Assembly: GCA_965203555.1 (NCBI GenBank)
Contig: CBDBCY010000004.1
Location: 136,961 to 200,960 of the forward strand
Source of the DNA: Acidimicrobiia bacterium
Lineage (GTDB): Bacteria; Actinomycetota; Acidimicrobiia; Spongiisociales; ZC4RG35
Length of the DNA: 64,000 nt
Reading direction: 5' to 3'
The position numbers were made by a program, and so were the translations under genes. The notes under the pieces were generated by a model, which searched no databases, was not told the DNA's origin, and saw only the letters and a list, made by a program, of their open reading frames with translations. Every line of letters begins with the position of its first letter. Position 1 is the stretch's first letter. Below, in pieces: positions 30,888 through 42,028 of this stretch.

Positions 30888-31301
30888 ATGTTGATGCCCA
30901 AGAGAACTCGTCACCGCAAGGTGCACCGCGGTCGCAGGAAGGGAATCGCCAAGGGCGGCACCAAGGTCCATTTCGGCGAGTACGGGCTACAGGCCCTGTC
31001 GGCGGGATGGATAACTGCTCGCCAGATCGAATCGGCCCGGGTCGCCATCACCCGTTCGGTGCGGCGAGGAGGAAGGGTATGGATAACCATCTTCCCCGAT
31101 AAGCCGGTCACCGCCAAACCGGCCGAGACCCGAATGGGGTCCGGTAAGGGCAACCCCGAGTTTTGGGTGGCGGTTGTAAAGCCGGGCCGTGTCATGTTCG
31201 AATTGGCCGGCGTCTCCGAGCCGCAGGCTCGCGAGGCAATGCGCAAGGCGGGACACAAGTTGCCGATCAAGACCAGGTTTGTCAAGAGGGAGGACTCATG
31301 A
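30888..31301 (+). CDS. rplP: 50S ribosomal protein L16
   Basis: [19 protein letters not shown]. Confidence 0.95.
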   Translation: MLMPKRTRHRKVHRGRRKGIAKGGTKVHFGEYGLQALSAGWITARQIESARVAITRSVRRGGRVWITIFPDKPVTAKPAETRMGSGKGNPEFWVAVVKPGRVMFELAGVSEPQAREAMRKAGHKLPIKTRFVKREDS

Positions 31302-31525
31302 AACCGGCCGAGCTGCGGGAACTCAACTACCGGGAACTGCGGGAGAAGCTTGCCGAGTCCAAGGAGGAGTTGTTCAATCTGCGCTTCCAACTGGCCACCA
31401 ACCAACTGGACAACACCGCCCGCCTCAAGGCGGTCAAAAAAACCGTGGCCAGGATCCTCACCATCCTTCGTGACCGGGAGATCCGGCTTTGGTACGCCCA
31501 GCAGGAGGACTCGACCAATGAGTGA
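31298..31525 (+). CDS. rpmC: 50S ribosomal protein L29
   Basis: [35 protein letters not shown] overlap with the rplP stop. Confidence 0.92.
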   Translation: MKPAELRELNYRELREKLAESKEELFNLRFQLATNQLDNTARLKAVKKTVARILTILRDREIRLWYAQQEDSTNE

Positions 31526-31775
31526 GCGCCGCAAACGCAAGACCAGGGTCGGAGTGGTGGTGTCAGATCGTCGCGACCGCACCATTTCCGTGCAGGTCGC
31601 CACCTCCTACAAGCACCCTCGATATCACAAGGTGGTCCGCAAGAGCACTCTGTACCACGCCCACGATCAGGAGAACGACGCCCGGATGGGAGACACCGTC
31701 CGTATCGTGGAAACTCGGCCGATCTCCAAGCAGAAGCGCTGGCGCATGACCGACATCCTGGAGAGGGCCAAGTGA
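31518..31775 (+). CDS. rpsQ: 30S ribosomal protein S17
   Basis: [30 protein letters not shown] at 31518 overlaps the rpmC end. Confidence 0.92.
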   Translation: MSERRKRKTRVGVVVSDRRDRTISVQVATSYKHPRYHKVVRKSTLYHAHDQENDARMGDTVRIVETRPISKQKRWRMTDILERAK

Positions 31776-32140
31776 TCCAGAAGGAGAGCAGGTTGCGGGT
31801 GGCTGATAACACCGGAGCCCGGTCGGTGCTGTGCATCGGTTTGCTGGGCGGCACCCGTCGCCGCTATGCCCGGGTGGGCGACGAGATCGTGGTCACCGTC
31901 AAAGAGGCGGTACCCGGAGGTGTGATCAAGAAGGGAGAAGTGGTGCGAGCCGTGGTGGTGCGCACCCGTAAGGAGCGCCGCCGGCCCGACGGGACCTACA
32001 TCCGTTTCGACGACAATGCCTGTGTGATTATCGATCCGGGGCGTCAACCCCGCGGCACCCGTATCTTCGGTCCTGTGGCGCGGGAACTTCGCGATCGCAG
32101 ATTCATGCGGATCGTTTCCCTGGCGCCGGAGGTGCTATGA
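31772..32140 (+). CDS. rplN: 50S ribosomal protein L14
   Basis: [16 protein letters not shown]. Confidence 0.95.
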   Translation: MIQKESRLRVADNTGARSVLCIGLLGGTRRRYARVGDEIVVTVKEAVPGGVIKKGEVVRAVVVRTRKERRRPDGTYIRFDDNACVIIDPGRQPRGTRIFGPVARELRDRRFMRIVSLAPEVL

Positions 32141-32439
32141 GACTTCGTGTTGGAGACCGGGTGAAGGTGATCACCGGTAAGGACGTGGGACAGGTGTCCA
32201 GAATCTCGCGGGTGATTCCCAGGAGCAATAAGGTGATCGTGGAGGGAGTCAACACCGCCAGGCGGCACCAGCGTCCGCAGAGCGGGACCATGCAGGGTGG
32301 AATAATCGACAAGGACATGCCTGTCGACGCTTCCAACGTGATGATTGTTTGCGAGGAGTGTGGACCCACCAGGATCGGGAAAAGGTTTGACGACCGGGGC
32401 AAGCGCCGTGTGTGCCGCAGGTGTGGAGGCGACCTATGA
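32137..32439 (+). CDS. rplX: 50S ribosomal protein L24
   Basis: KOW motif; order. Confidence 0.93.
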   Translation: MRLRVGDRVKVITGKDVGQVSRISRVIPRSNKVIVEGVNTARRHQRPQSGTMQGGIIDKDMPVDASNVMIVCEECGPTRIGKRFDDRGKRRVCRRCGGDL

Positions 32440-33008
32440 CCGAAAACGGCTCGACGCCTCGGCTCAAGGAGCGTTTCCGCGACGAGATCGCCGCCGCTTT
32501 GCAGAAGGAGCTGGGCCTCGGCAATCCGATGCAGGTTCCCCGGCTGGAGAAGATCGTGGTGAACATGGGCATAGGTGGAGCGGTCCGCGACCGCAAACAG
32601 GTCACTTCCGCCATGGAGGAACTGGCTCTGATTACCGGCCAGAAGCCCCGGCTGAACCGGGCTCGCAAGTCAGTGGCCGGTTTCCGGATCAGAAAGGGAA
32701 TGCCGGTGGGCGTTTCGGTGACACTGCGGGGAGACAGGATGTGGGAGTTCTTCGACCGGGTGATGTCGATCGCCATTCCCAGGGTGCGAGACTTCCGGGG
32801 AATGAAACCCACTTCTTTCGACGGCAGGGGCAACTACTCTTTCGGTTTCGATGAACAGTTGGTCTTTCCAGAAATACACTACGACCAGGTGACGGATACC
32901 AGGGGGATGGACATCACCATCTGCACCACCGCCACGGGTGATGACCATGCCCGCGCCTTCATGTCGGCCTTCGGGTTTCCTTTCCGGGTTACCGAATCTT
33001 TGTACTAA
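32436..33008 (+). CDS. rplE: 50S ribosomal protein L5
   Basis: ATG at 32436 (ATGA overlap with the rplX stop); L5 family. Confidence 0.93.
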   Translation: MTENGSTPRLKERFRDEIAAALQKELGLGNPMQVPRLEKIVVNMGIGGAVRDRKQVTSAMEELALITGQKPRLNRARKSVAGFRIRKGMPVGVSVTLRGDRMWEFFDRVMSIAIPRVRDFRGMKPTSFDGRGNYSFGFDEQLVFPEIHYDQVTDTRGMDITICTTATGDDHARAFMSAFGFPFRVTESLY

Positions 33009-33017
33009 GGAGTACTT

Positions 33018-33203
33018 GTGGCGCGCAAAGCACTAATAGCAAAAGCAAAACGCCCCCCGAAATTCAAGGTGCGGGCTTACAATCGCTGTCGCCGCTGTGG
33101 GCGTTCCCGCGCCTTTTTGCGGGACTTCGGAATGTGCCGTATCTGTGTGCGGGAACTGGCTTCCCGCGGGGAGTTGCCCGGAGTTAGAAAGGCGTCGTGG
33201 TAG
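33018..33203 (+). CDS. rpsN: 30S ribosomal protein S14 type Z (zinc-binding)
   Basis: 61 aa, CRRCGRS...CRIC. Confidence 0.93.
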   Translation: MARKALIAKAKRPPKFKVRAYNRCRRCGRSRAFLRDFGMCRICVRELASRGELPGVRKASW

Positions 33204-33206
33204 CAA

Positions 33207-33611
33207 ATGATGACCGATCCTGTCGCCGACATGTTGACCCGCATCCGCAACGGGATTTCCGCCCGTCACATGCGGGTAGAGATGCCCTCCTCTCGATTGA
33301 AGGAGCGCATCGCCCGTATCCTGTCCGCGGAAGGATTCGTGGACGGCTTCTCTGTCTCTCCGTTGGGAGGCGGCAAGCCGCATCGGACCTTGAAGATCGA
33401 ACTGCGCTATTCGGATGAGAAGACTCCTGCCATTACCGGGCTGCGCCGGATCTCCAAACCCGGCCACCGCCGTTACAGCGGCGCCGCCGACATCAGTCGC
33501 GTGCAGGGAGGATTGGGCGTTGCGATAGTCTCCACCTCCCAGGGTCTGCTCACCGACCGAGAGGCCCGTCGGCGGCGGTTGGGCGGCGAGATCCTCTGCG
33601 AGGTGTGGTAG
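33207..33611 (+). CDS. rpsH: 30S ribosomal protein S8
   Basis: Order and sequence. Confidence 0.95.
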   Translation: MMTDPVADMLTRIRNGISARHMRVEMPSSRLKERIARILSAEGFVDGFSVSPLGGGKPHRTLKIELRYSDEKTPAITGLRRISKPGHRRYSGAADISRVQGGLGVAIVSTSQGLLTDREARRRRLGGEILCEVW

Positions 33612-34150
33612 TGAGCAGAGTGGGAATAGCTCCCATCCCCATTCCCCCGGAGGTCAAGCTGACGGTGAACGGTTCAGATGTGGTCGTGAACGGTCCTAGG
33701 GGGGAGCTTTCCCGCACCTTCCACGACAGGGTGAGGATCGAGGTCGACAACGGCCGGGCGCTGGTGACCCGGCGTGACGAATCGCGGATGTCACGGTCTC
33801 TCCACGGGCTGTCCCGGACCTTGCTGGCCAACATGGTTACGGGGGTGGTGAAGGGTTATGTCAAGGAACTCACCGTGGTGGGAGTCGGATACCGGGCTCT
33901 GCTGCGCGGGCCCAAGCTGGTCCTGCAGGTGGGATTCAGCCATCCGGTGGAGATAGATCCGCCAGAGGGCATCACTTTCGAGTCCCCCCAGGCAACCCGC
34001 ATCATCGTGAAGGGAATCGACAAACAGCAGGTGGGTCAGGTGGCAGCGGAAATCCGGCGCATCCGCCCGCCCGAGCCCTACAAAGGCAAGGGCATCCGCT
34101 ATGTGGATGAGAAGGTGCGCCGCAAAGCAGGGAAGGCGGGAAGAGTATGA
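33611..34150 (+). CDS. rplF: 50S ribosomal protein L6
   Basis: GTG at 33611 overlapping the rpsH stop; [15 protein letters not shown]. Confidence 0.93.
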   Translation: MSRVGIAPIPIPPEVKLTVNGSDVVVNGPRGELSRTFHDRVRIEVDNGRALVTRRDESRMSRSLHGLSRTLLANMVTGVVKGYVKELTVVGVGYRALLRGPKLVLQVGFSHPVEIDPPEGITFESPQATRIIVKGIDKQQVGQVAAEIRRIRPPEPYKGKGIRYVDEKVRRKAGKAGRV

Positions 34151-34500
34151 AGGGCGCCCGTAGTCATGCCAGGATCAGGAGGCACCGGAGGGTACGTAAA
34201 AAGGTCCGGGGCAGTGCCGAGCGTCCCCGGTTGGCGGTGTTCCGTTCCAACCGGTACATTTACGCACAGGTCATCGATGATGATCGGGGGCATACGGTGG
34301 CGGCGGCTTCGTCGGTCGAACCGGCGCTGCGCACCCGGTCTCTTACTGTGGAGACGGCGGAGATGGTGGGTAGACTCTTGGCGGAGCGGTGCCGACGGGC
34401 CGGGGTGGAAACGGTAGTGTTTGACCGAGGGGGATACCAGTTTGCAGGAAGAGTCAAGGCCTTGGCGGACGCCGCTCGGGCTGACGGGTTGAGTTTCTAG
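34147..34500 (+). CDS. rplR: 50S ribosomal protein L18
   Basis: Order and sequence. Confidence 0.93.
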   Translation: MKGARSHARIRRHRRVRKKVRGSAERPRLAVFRSNRYIYAQVIDDDRGHTVAAASSVEPALRTRSLTVETAEMVGRLLAERCRRAGVETVVFDRGGYQFAGRVKALADAARADGLSF

Positions 34501-34509
34501 AGGTAGCCC

Positions 34510-35061
34510 ATGGCCGAGATACAACAATACGAAGAGCGGGTCATAAAGATCAACCGGGTAGCCAAGGTCGTGAAGGGCGGACGCAGGTTTTCCTTCACCG
34601 CCCTGGTGGCGGTGGGAGACGGTGCGGGCCGGGTGGGGATAGCTCACGGGAGGGCCAAAGAGGTGCCGGTGGCCATCCAGAAGGCGATGGAGATGGCCCG
34701 TCGCTCCATGATTACCGTCCCCATGACCGGGGCCACCGTGATACACCAAACCATAGGCAAGCATGACGCGTCGCGGGTGCTGATCAAGCCGGCCTCTCCG
34801 GGTACGGGCGTGATCGCCGGGGGAGCGGTGCGCCAGATTCTCGAAGCGGCCGGAATCAGGGACGCCCTCGCCAAGTCGCTCGGTTCCCCTTCTCATCTCA
34901 ATGTGGCCAGGGCCACTATGAACGCTTTGGCCGGGCAGCGCCGTCCTGACGATGTGGCTCGTCTGCGGGGCAAGCGGCCCGAGGAGTTCGTTCCTCCCGC
35001 CCTGTTGGACGCCTATCGCTCTACCGAGGCGGTTCGCGCCGCTCCCAAGCCGGTCCGATGA
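34510..35061 (+). CDS. rpsE: 30S ribosomal protein S5
   Basis: KVVKGGRRFSFTALVAVGDG. Confidence 0.95.
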   Translation: MAEIQQYEERVIKINRVAKVVKGGRRFSFTALVAVGDGAGRVGIAHGRAKEVPVAIQKAMEMARRSMITVPMTGATVIHQTIGKHDASRVLIKPASPGTGVIAGGAVRQILEAAGIRDALAKSLGSPSHLNVARATMNALAGQRRPDDVARLRGKRPEEFVPPALLDAYRSTEAVRAAPKPVR

Positions 35062-35252
35062 GCGGGCCCAAAACCCTCCGGGTCACGTTGAGACGCAGCG
35101 TCATAGGCCAAAAACCCAAGACCCGCCGAACGGTACGCGGCCTGGGGCTGTGCCGCATCGACCACACCGTGGAACATGCCGACCGGCCCGAAATAAGAGG
35201 GATGATCCACCGGGTCCGGCACCTGGTGGAAGTGGAGGAATCCAATGTCTGA
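35058..35252 (+). CDS. rpmD: 50S ribosomal protein L30
   Basis: 64 aa, LRVTLRRSVIGQKPKTRRTVRGLGL. Confidence 0.9.
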   Translation: MSGPKTLRVTLRRSVIGQKPKTRRTVRGLGLCRIDHTVEHADRPEIRGMIHRVRHLVEVEESNV

Positions 35253-35694
35253 CCGCCTGATGCTTCATGATCTCAAGCCGGCGCCGGGATCCCGCAAGGC
35301 CAAGATTCGGGTCGGTAGGGGCAGGGCCGCCCGCCGGGGCCGGAAAGCCGGCCGGGGAACCAAGGGCATCAACGCCCGCAACAAACTGCGTCCCGGATTC
35401 GAGGGCGGCCAGACTCCGCTGTCGCGGCGCCTTCCCAAGTTGAAGGGTTTCAAAAACCCTCACCGCCAGGAATACACGGTGGTCAACCTGGGAGCGCTGG
35501 ACGGATTCGGAGAGGGTGCGGTCCTCGGTCCCGAAACCCTCCGAGAAAAGGGTTTGGCGAAACGCCGGGGCAGGGTCAAGATCCTCGGCGATGGGGAGCT
35601 TACTTCGGGGATGACCGTCAAGGCCCATGCGTTCAGTGCTTCGGCTCGCCGTAAGATCGAAGCAGCGGGAGGAAAATGGGAAATAGTCTCCTGA
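35245..35694 (+). CDS. rplO: 50S ribosomal protein L15
   Basis: Order and sequence. Confidence 0.93.
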   Translation: MSDRLMLHDLKPAPGSRKAKIRVGRGRAARRGRKAGRGTKGINARNKLRPGFEGGQTPLSRRLPKLKGFKNPHRQEYTVVNLGALDGFGEGAVLGPETLREKGLAKRRGRVKILGDGELTSGMTVKAHAFSASARRKIEAAGGKWEIVS

Positions 35695-35728
35695 TGGGTA
35701 CGGTTTCCCCGCTCCGGGAGGATGTGCG

Positions 35729-37039
35729 ATGTTGAACATCTACCGGAACATGTTCAAAGTCCCGGATCTGCGGGGAAAGATTCTTTTTACGCTGGCGATT
35801 TTCGGGGTTTACCGATTGGGCGCCACCATACCGGTTCCCGGTATCGATCTGGAGGCGGTTCAGGCCTTCCAGGAACAGCAGCAGGCGGGAGGAATCTATG
35901 GTCTTCTGAACCTGTTCTCGGGTGGCGCCCTGGAGCAGTTCTCGGTGTTCTCGCTGGGGATCATTCCCTATATCACCGCTTCCATCATGATGCAGCTCCT
36001 CACCGTGGTGATCCCCAAACTGCAGGCTTTGCAGGACGAGGGAGAAGCGGGGCGGAAGGTTATCACCCAGTGGACCAGGTACACCACGGTGGTGCTGGCG
36101 CTGATCCAGTCGACCGGTTTCACATACCTGTTCCATGTCGGCCGTTTCACCAACGGCATCGATCTGGTCCCCAACTACACACCGGGCCGGGTGGCCCTGA
36201 TCGTTCTGACCATGACGGCCGGAACCGCCTTCGTGATGTGGCTGGGTGAGCAGATCAGCCAGCGGGGGATCGGCAACGGAATGTCGCTTCTCATCTTCGT
36301 CTCCATCCTCAGCCAGTTCCCCTTCGTGTTCGGCCAGATCTGGGGACAGACCGCCGCCGTGGGGCTTTTCCTGCGCTTTGTGGTCATCATCCTGGTGTTC
36401 ATGGTGGTGATAGTCACCATCATCTATGTCGATCAGGGTCAGCGGCGGATCCCGGTTTCCTTCGCCAAGAGGGTGCGGGGACGCCGGGTGATGGGCGGCC
36501 AGAACACATACATTCCGCTCAAGGTCAACACCGCCGGGGTGATCCCGGTGATCTTCGCCACCTCGATGCTTTTGTTCCCCTCGTTGATCGTCACTGCCAT
36601 CCCCTCCGACGCGGCCTGGGTCCAGGCTCTGTACCGATGGGTCGATCAAAACCTGGGCGGCGGCGGGCAGATCAGTTGGTGGTACGTCGCTTTGTTGTTC
36701 TCTTTGATCATCTTCTTCACCTACTTCTACAACGCCATCCAGTTCGATCCTGCCCGCCAGGCAGAGATGTTGCAGAGGCAGGGTGGGTTCATACCGGGTG
36801 TGCGCCCGGGTGGGCAGACCGCATCGTTTCTGGGCAGAATCCTCAACCGCATCACCCTTCCCGGGTCGGTCTTCTTGGCGGTGATCGCCGTTTTGCCGGC
36901 CCTGGCGGGTCTTCTGTGGAACATACCCATCAGTTTTTCCGGGGTATCCATACTGATTGTGGTGGGTGTGGCTCTTGAGACGATGAAACAGATCGAAAGC
37001 CAACTCACCATGCGCAACTACGAAGGTTTCCTTACCTGA
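35729..37039 (+). CDS. secY: Preprotein translocase subunit SecY
   Basis: 436 aa, 10 TM segments, SecY signatures. Confidence 0.95.
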   Translation: MLNIYRNMFKVPDLRGKILFTLAIFGVYRLGATIPVPGIDLEAVQAFQEQQQAGGIYGLLNLFSGGALEQFSVFSLGIIPYITASIMMQLLTVVIPKLQALQDEGEAGRKVITQWTRYTTVVLALIQSTGFTYLFHVGRFTNGIDLVPNYTPGRVALIVLTMTAGTAFVMWLGEQISQRGIGNGMSLLIFVSILSQFPFVFGQIWGQTAAVGLFLRFVVIILVFMVVIVTIIYVDQGQRRIPVSFAKRVRGRRVMGGQNTYIPLKVNTAGVIPVIFATSMLLFPSLIVTAIPSDAAWVQALYRWVDQNLGGGGQISWWYVALLFSLIIFFTYFYNAIQFDPARQAEMLQRQGGFIPGVRPGGQTASFLGRILNRITLPGSVFLAVIAVLPALAGLLWNIPISFSGVSILIVVGVALETMKQIESQLTMRNYEGFLT

Positions 37040-37056
37040 GCGATGGGACAAGGTAG

Positions 37057-37626
37057 ATGAGGCTTCTGATCGTGGGTCCGCCGGGGTCGGGGAAGGGTAC
37101 CCAGGCTGTGCGGATGGCGCAGCAACTGGGAATCCCCCACATTTCCACCGGAGAGATGTTCCGTGGTCATGTCTCCCGCGGCACTGCGCTGGGAAAGCAG
37201 GTGAGGGTGTTGATGGAGGCGGGGGAATATGTTCCCGACCGGATCACCGGAGAGATGCTGGCTGAACGGTTGACTCATTCCGACACTTCCGGGGGGTTCA
37301 TTCTCGACGGTTTTCCTCGCACCCTTCCCCAGGCGCGTCTGCTGGATGAACTCTTGACGGAAACGCCGCTGGATGCAGTGGTCTCGCTGGAAGTGGAGAA
37401 TGAAGAACTGATGGGCAGGATGCTCTCCCGAGGTCGGGCGGATGACACCCCTGACACCATTCGTCGCCGCTTGGAGGTCTATCAGGTCCAGACGGCGCCG
37501 CTATTGGACTTCTACGCCTCTGCGGGGTTGATCCAGGCGGTGGATGGTTCCGGTGACATAAACCAGATAACCGAGCGCATCATGGTGACGCTTTCGACGA
37601 CATTTCCGCGGCGGCGTCTTCTTTGA
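37057..37626 (+). CDS. adk: Adenylate kinase
   Basis: MRLLIVGPPGSGKGTQA. Confidence 0.95.
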   Translation: MRLLIVGPPGSGKGTQAVRMAQQLGIPHISTGEMFRGHVSRGTALGKQVRVLMEAGEYVPDRITGEMLAERLTHSDTSGGFILDGFPRTLPQARLLDELLTETPLDAVVSLEVENEELMGRMLSRGRADDTPDTIRRRLEVYQVQTAPLLDFYASAGLIQAVDGSGDINQITERIMVTLSTTFPRRRLL

Positions 37627-38405
37627 TCACCTTTAAGACACCCGCCCAGTTCAAGAAGATGGAGGTGGCGGGGCGGTGCGTGGCAAAGGTCCACGAAGCT
37701 GTCCGGGAGGCGGTCCGCCCGGGAGTCACCACCATGGAGTTGGACCAAGTGGCTGAGAGAGTGATCCGTGCGCATGGGTGCATTCCCTCTTTTCTGGGGT
37801 ACCGCGGTTTTCCGGCCTCCATATGCTCATCCCCCAACGATGTGATCGTTCACGGCATCCCTGACTTTCGACGGTTGCGCTCCGGGGACCTGCTTTCCAT
37901 TGATGTCGGGGCCATCTACGAGGGTTTTCACGCCGATGCCGCTTTCACGGTTGCGGTGGGCGACGTGTCGGACGAGGCGGCTGCCCTGTCGGACACCACC
38001 TACAAGGCCCTGTGGGCGGGCCTGCGGATGGCCCGTCCCCGGATGAGAATCGGAGATATAGGGGCTGCGGTGGAGGCGTTGGCTCGTCCTGCAGGCTACG
38101 GGGTGGTGGAAGGCTATGTCGGGCACGGCATTGGCCGGCAGATGCACGAAAAGCCCGACGTTCCCAATGTGGGACGACCCGGCAAGGGAGTGAAACTGAG
38201 AGTGGGGATGGCTCTGTGCGTAGAGCCCATGTTCAATCTGGGCGCCGCCGACACCCGGGTGGACCCCGACGGTTGGACGGTGCGTACCGCTGATGGTACG
38301 CTGTCGGCGCATTGGGAACACACCGTTTGTCTCACCCCTGACGGGCCTCTGGTCACCACCACTGCGTCGGCAATCAATTTGCTTGAAGCGGCGTGTAGTT
38401 GGTAA
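37623..38405 (+). CDS. map: Type I methionine aminopeptidase
   Basis: MAP metal-binding residues; TTG at 37623 overlapping the adk stop. Confidence 0.92.
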   Translation: MITFKTPAQFKKMEVAGRCVAKVHEAVREAVRPGVTTMELDQVAERVIRAHGCIPSFLGYRGFPASICSSPNDVIVHGIPDFRRLRSGDLLSIDVGAIYEGFHADAAFTVAVGDVSDEAAALSDTTYKALWAGLRMARPRMRIGDIGAAVEALARPAGYGVVEGYVGHGIGRQMHEKPDVPNVGRPGKGVKLRVGMALCVEPMFNLGAADTRVDPDGWTVRTADGTLSAHWEHTVCLTPDGPLVTTTASAINLLEAACSW

Positions 38406-38435
38406 TATGCATGAAGTTGGCGCGAAAAACTCCGA

Positions 38436-38657
38436 ATGACTGAAGACGCTTCCGTTGTTCGGGTCCAGGGCACCGTTCTTCAAAACCTTCCGAATGCCAC
38501 ATTCAAGGTGGAGGTTGACGGTGGCCTGGTGGTGTTGGCTCATGTTTCGGGGAAAATGCGTATGAGATACATCCGGATTCTTCCTGGTGACCGAGTGGAC
38601 CTGGAGTTGTCTGCCTACGACCCCACCAGGGGCAGAATCGTCTGGAGATACAGGTGA
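38436..38657 (+). CDS. infA: Translation initiation factor IF-1
   Basis: S1-like OB fold; [15 protein letters not shown]. Confidence 0.93.
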   Translation: MTEDASVVRVQGTVLQNLPNATFKVEVDGGLVVLAHVSGKMRMRYIRILPGDRVDLELSAYDPTRGRIVWRYR

Positions 38658-38767
38658 AAGTAAAACCATCGACCCGCAAGATGTGCGAGAAGTGCCGGAT
38701 AATCCGGCGCCACCGTCGCGTGTGGGTTATTTGCGAAAACCCCCGGCACAAGCAAAGGCAGGGATGA
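38654..38767 (+). CDS. rpmJ: 50S ribosomal protein L36
   Basis: GTG at 38654; [37 protein letters not shown] (CxxC...C...H zinc ribbon). Confidence 0.9.
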   Translation: MKVKPSTRKMCEKCRIIRRHRRVWVICENPRHKQRQG

Positions 38768-38770
38768 GCA

Positions 38771-39151
38771 GTGGCCAGAATTGCCGGCGTAGATCTGCCT
38801 CGCGACAAGCGGTTGGAAATCTCACTGACCTACATCTTTGGAGTAGGCCGCTCCCGGGCGCTGGAGATCTGTGAGTTCATGAGAATCGATCCGGGCACCA
38901 AGGTGCGGGATCTGACCGAAGAGGAAGCGGCCTCCATCAGGCGCTTCATCGACGTCAACTATCAGGTGGAAGGTGATCTGCGCCGCCAGATCGGCCAGAA
39001 CATCCGCCGCAAGACCGAGATCAGTTGCTACCAGGGCATCCGGCATCGTCGCGGCTTGCCGGTTCGCGGTCAGCGGACCCATACCAACGGGCGGACTCGC
39101 AAGGGCAGACGGATAGCGATTGCCGGCAAGAAAAAGCCTGCCAAACACTGA
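38771..39151 (+). CDS. rpsM: 30S ribosomal protein S13
   Basis: [26 protein letters not shown]. Confidence 0.95.
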   Translation: MARIAGVDLPRDKRLEISLTYIFGVGRSRALEICEFMRIDPGTKVRDLTEEEAASIRRFIDVNYQVEGDLRRQIGQNIRRKTEISCYQGIRHRRGLPVRGQRTHTNGRTRKGRRIAIAGKKKPAKH

Positions 39152-39168
39152 GAACGCTAAGGGGCGAT

Positions 39169-39564
39169 ATGGCTGCCAGAGGACCACAAAAACGGGTGCG
39201 CCGCCGTGAGCGCAAGAACATCGCTTACGCCAAAGCACACATCAAGGCAAGTTTCAATAACACCATCATCAACATCACCGACCAGCAGGGAAACACCATC
39301 GTGTGGACCTCGGGAGGTTCGGTGGGATTCAAGGGTTCTCGCAAGTCGACCCCTTACGCGGCCCAGCTTGCAGCCGAGGAGGCCGCCCGGCAGGCCGGAG
39401 AGCATGGTGTGCGCAAGATAGAGGTGATCATCAGCGGCACCGGTCCGGGCAAGGATGCGTGGCGGACCCTGCAGCACATGGGACTGGAGGTTGCCGGTTC
39501 TCCTCGCGACGCCACTCCCACCGTTCACAACGGATGCCGCCCCAAGAAGCGGAGAAGAGGCTGA
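39169..39564 (+). CDS. rpsK: 30S ribosomal protein S11
   Basis: ATG at 39169; [17 protein letters not shown]. Confidence 0.95.
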   Translation: MAARGPQKRVRRRERKNIAYAKAHIKASFNNTIINITDQQGNTIVWTSGGSVGFKGSRKSTPYAAQLAAEEAARQAGEHGVRKIEVIISGTGPGKDAWRTLQHMGLEVAGSPRDATPTVHNGCRPKKRRRG

Positions 39565-40169
39565 TGGCCCGCTACACCGGCCCCCGACACAAGGCTTGCC
39601 GCCGGGCGCGCGAGACGCTCTGTCAATCCCGCAAATGTCCGGTGGACCGCCGTCCCTATCCCCCCGGGGAGCACGGGCGACGCAGGATCAGGGAGAGCGA
39701 CTATCTTATCCGTCTGCGGGAGAAGCAGAAGCTGCGGGCCATGTATGGTGTCCTGGAGCGTCAGTTCCGCGGCTACTACCATCGCGCCGCCCGGGGTGAG
39801 GGCATCACCGGAGAGAGTCTGCTGCGGCTCTTGGAGTTGCGCCTCGACAATGTGGTTTGGAGATCCGGCATGGCGGCCACTCGGGCCCAGGCCCGTCAAT
39901 TGGTCAACCACGGCCACTTCCAGGTCAACGGCAAGAAGGTTGATATCCCGTCCTACCAGGTGCGCCAGGGTGACGTGGTGACTCTTCGGGAAAAGAGCAC
40001 GGACCTGATCATCGTGCAACACGCCATAGATACGCTCACCCGCAACGTTCCTGAATGGCTGACCGTTGATCATGAAGCGCGCCGGATCGAGGTATTCAGC
40101 CTGCCCAGCAAAGAGCAGATTGACACACGCATCGACGTGCAGTTGGTCGTTGAGCTCTATTCGAAGTAA
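39564..40169 (+). CDS. rpsD: 30S ribosomal protein S4 (zinc-ribbon type)
   Basis: ATG at 39564; [26 protein letters not shown]. Confidence 0.95.
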   Translation: MARYTGPRHKACRRARETLCQSRKCPVDRRPYPPGEHGRRRIRESDYLIRLREKQKLRAMYGVLERQFRGYYHRAARGEGITGESLLRLLELRLDNVVWRSGMAATRAQARQLVNHGHFQVNGKKVDIPSYQVRQGDVVTLREKSTDLIIVQHAIDTLTRNVPEWLTVDHEARRIEVFSLPSKEQIDTRIDVQLVVELYSK

Positions 40170-40196
40170 TCCGAAGGGTAGAAGGGGGTTTTTGCC

Positions 40197-41156
40197 ATGT
40201 TGATAGTTCAACGTCCTGAGATATTCGAGAAAGAGAAGAGCGAAGTCCGTTCGGAGTTTGTGATGGAGCCGTTGGAGCCCGGTTTGGGACACACCCTCGG
40301 CAACACTGTCAGGCGCTCGCTTCTGTCCCGGGTACCGGGGGCGGCCATAACCGCCATTCAGATCGAGGGGACCGACCACGAGTTCGCCACCATCGAGGGT
40401 GTGGTGGAGGACGTGGTGGACATCATCCTCAATCTCAAGGCGGTGGTGATCCGCCTGGAGGGAAGCGGTCCCGAGCGAGTGTATCTCAAGGCAACGGGCG
40501 CCGGGCCTGTCTCCGCGGGAGCTTTCGAGACGCCGGCCGAGGTGAAGGTGATCAATCCCACGACTCACATCGCCACCCTTTCGACGAGGGGCCGGTTGGA
40601 GATCGAGGCCTGGGTCCATGCCGGCGTGGGCTACCGGTCCGCTGAGGACAACAAGGAGAAGACCAGCGGAGCGGTGGGGGTGATCCCCATCGATTCCATT
40701 TTCTCGCCGGTGCGCCGGGTGTCCTACAGGGTGGAGAACACCCAGGTCGGTCAGATGACCAACTACGAGCGGCTCATCCTCGACGTTGAGACCAATGGGT
40801 CGGTACGTCCGGCGCAGGCGGTGTCCTCGGTGGGCAAGACGCTGGGAGAATTGGTCGGCCTTATCGCCGGAGTGGGCGAGGGTATGGGACTGGAACTGGG
40901 CGACTTCCCGGTTCCCGAAACCGGAAGCGATGACCTTCATCTTCCCATCGAAGCCCTGGAGTTGTCCGAGCGGCCCCGCAACTGTTTGCGGCGGTCGGGA
41001 ATCGCCACGGTGGGAGATCTGGTGAAGTGCACCTCAGGACAACTGCTCGACATCACCAACTTCGGGCAGAGGAGCCTGGAGGAGGTCCAGGAGCGTCTCG
41101 ATGAAATGGGTTTGAGCCTCAGCGACCAGGAAGCGTCCAATGCCGCGTCCTCCTAA
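40197..41156 (+). CDS. rpoA: DNA-directed RNA polymerase subunit alpha
   Basis: 319 aa, N-terminal dimerisation domain plus alpha-CTD. Confidence 0.95.
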   Translation: MLIVQRPEIFEKEKSEVRSEFVMEPLEPGLGHTLGNTVRRSLLSRVPGAAITAIQIEGTDHEFATIEGVVEDVVDIILNLKAVVIRLEGSGPERVYLKATGAGPVSAGAFETPAEVKVINPTTHIATLSTRGRLEIEAWVHAGVGYRSAEDNKEKTSGAVGVIPIDSIFSPVRRVSYRVENTQVGQMTNYERLILDVETNGSVRPAQAVSSVGKTLGELVGLIAGVGEGMGLELGDFPVPETGSDDLHLPIEALELSERPRNCLRRSGIATVGDLVKCTSGQLLDITNFGQRSLEEVQERLDEMGLSLSDQEASNAASS

Positions 41157-41490
41157 AGGCGCCCGCCTGGGGGGTTCCCCCGCCCATCACCACAGAATGA
41201 TGGCCAACCTGGCTGCTTCATTGATTATCGAGGAGAAGATCACCACCACTCATGGCCGGGCCCGCTCGGTGCGTCCCGTAGTGGAGAAACTGATAACCCG
41301 GGCACGGCGCGGCGACCTGCATTCCAGGCGGATCGTTCTCAGGACCATTCAGGACACCGACGTGGTGACCAAGCTCTTCGACGAGGTGGCGCCTCGCTAC
41401 AACCACCGTCCCGGCGGCTATACCCGCATCGTCAAGTTGGGTCCCCGGCGCGGGGACGGGGCGGAGATGGCCGTCATCGAGTTGGTTTGA
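41140..41490 (+). CDS. rplQ: 50S ribosomal protein L17
   Basis: Order and sequence. Confidence 0.95.
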   Translation: MPRPPKGARLGGSPAHHHRMMANLAASLIIEEKITTTHGRARSVRPVVEKLITRARRGDLHSRRIVLRTIQDTDVVTKLFDEVAPRYNHRPGGYTRIVKLGPRRGDGAEMAVIELV

Positions 41491-41527
41491 CGGCCGACTC
41501 CCTGGTGCGGCGCCGCGGTATCAGGCG

Positions 41528-42028
41528 ATGATCATCATCAGGAGGGCGGCGGCCGCAGCCTTCTTTCGAAAGAACGCGGTGTTCGAGATCTACCTGGATC
41601 ACCGCGCCACCGCAGACGCGGCCCTACTCATCCTCGGATTGGCCGGAATCGGCTACCTGTGGAGGGTGGTCCTTGAAGGTTATAGATTCTCGGTGTGGAA
41701 TCTGCTGCTCTTGCTGCTCAACGCATTGATGCTCTGGATCGTTCGGGCGGGTGTCTGCCTGCTGGTCGGCAAGGTCTTTTTCCGCAAAGACTCGTCGATG
41801 GCGACCATCATGCGTCTCCAGGGATTCTGCTACCTGCCGCTGGTATTGACTTTTCTCTCTGCCTCGATCGGCGTGTTCGGCATCATCTGGTTCTTGGCTT
41901 TGCTGGTGTTTGCCACCGCCGAAGCGATGGAGTTGCTGATCTGGCAGGCCGCGGTGACGATTGCTGCCAGCGTGGTCGGGCTGTTCCTCATCAGCCCTCT
42001 GCTCTGGGGTGGCTACCGGCTGTTCTAG
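41528..42028 (+). CDS. Small integral membrane protein (4 predicted TM segments, Yip1-like), function unknown
   Basis: 166 aa and hydrophobic; no recognisable catalytic motif. Confidence 0.55.
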   Translation: MIIIRRAAAAAFFRKNAVFEIYLDHRATADAALLILGLAGIGYLWRVVLEGYRFSVWNLLLLLLNALMLWIVRAGVCLLVGKVFFRKDSSMATIMRLQGFCYLPLVLTFLSASIGVFGIIWFLALLVFATAEAMELLIWQAAVTIAASVVGLFLISPLLWGGYRLF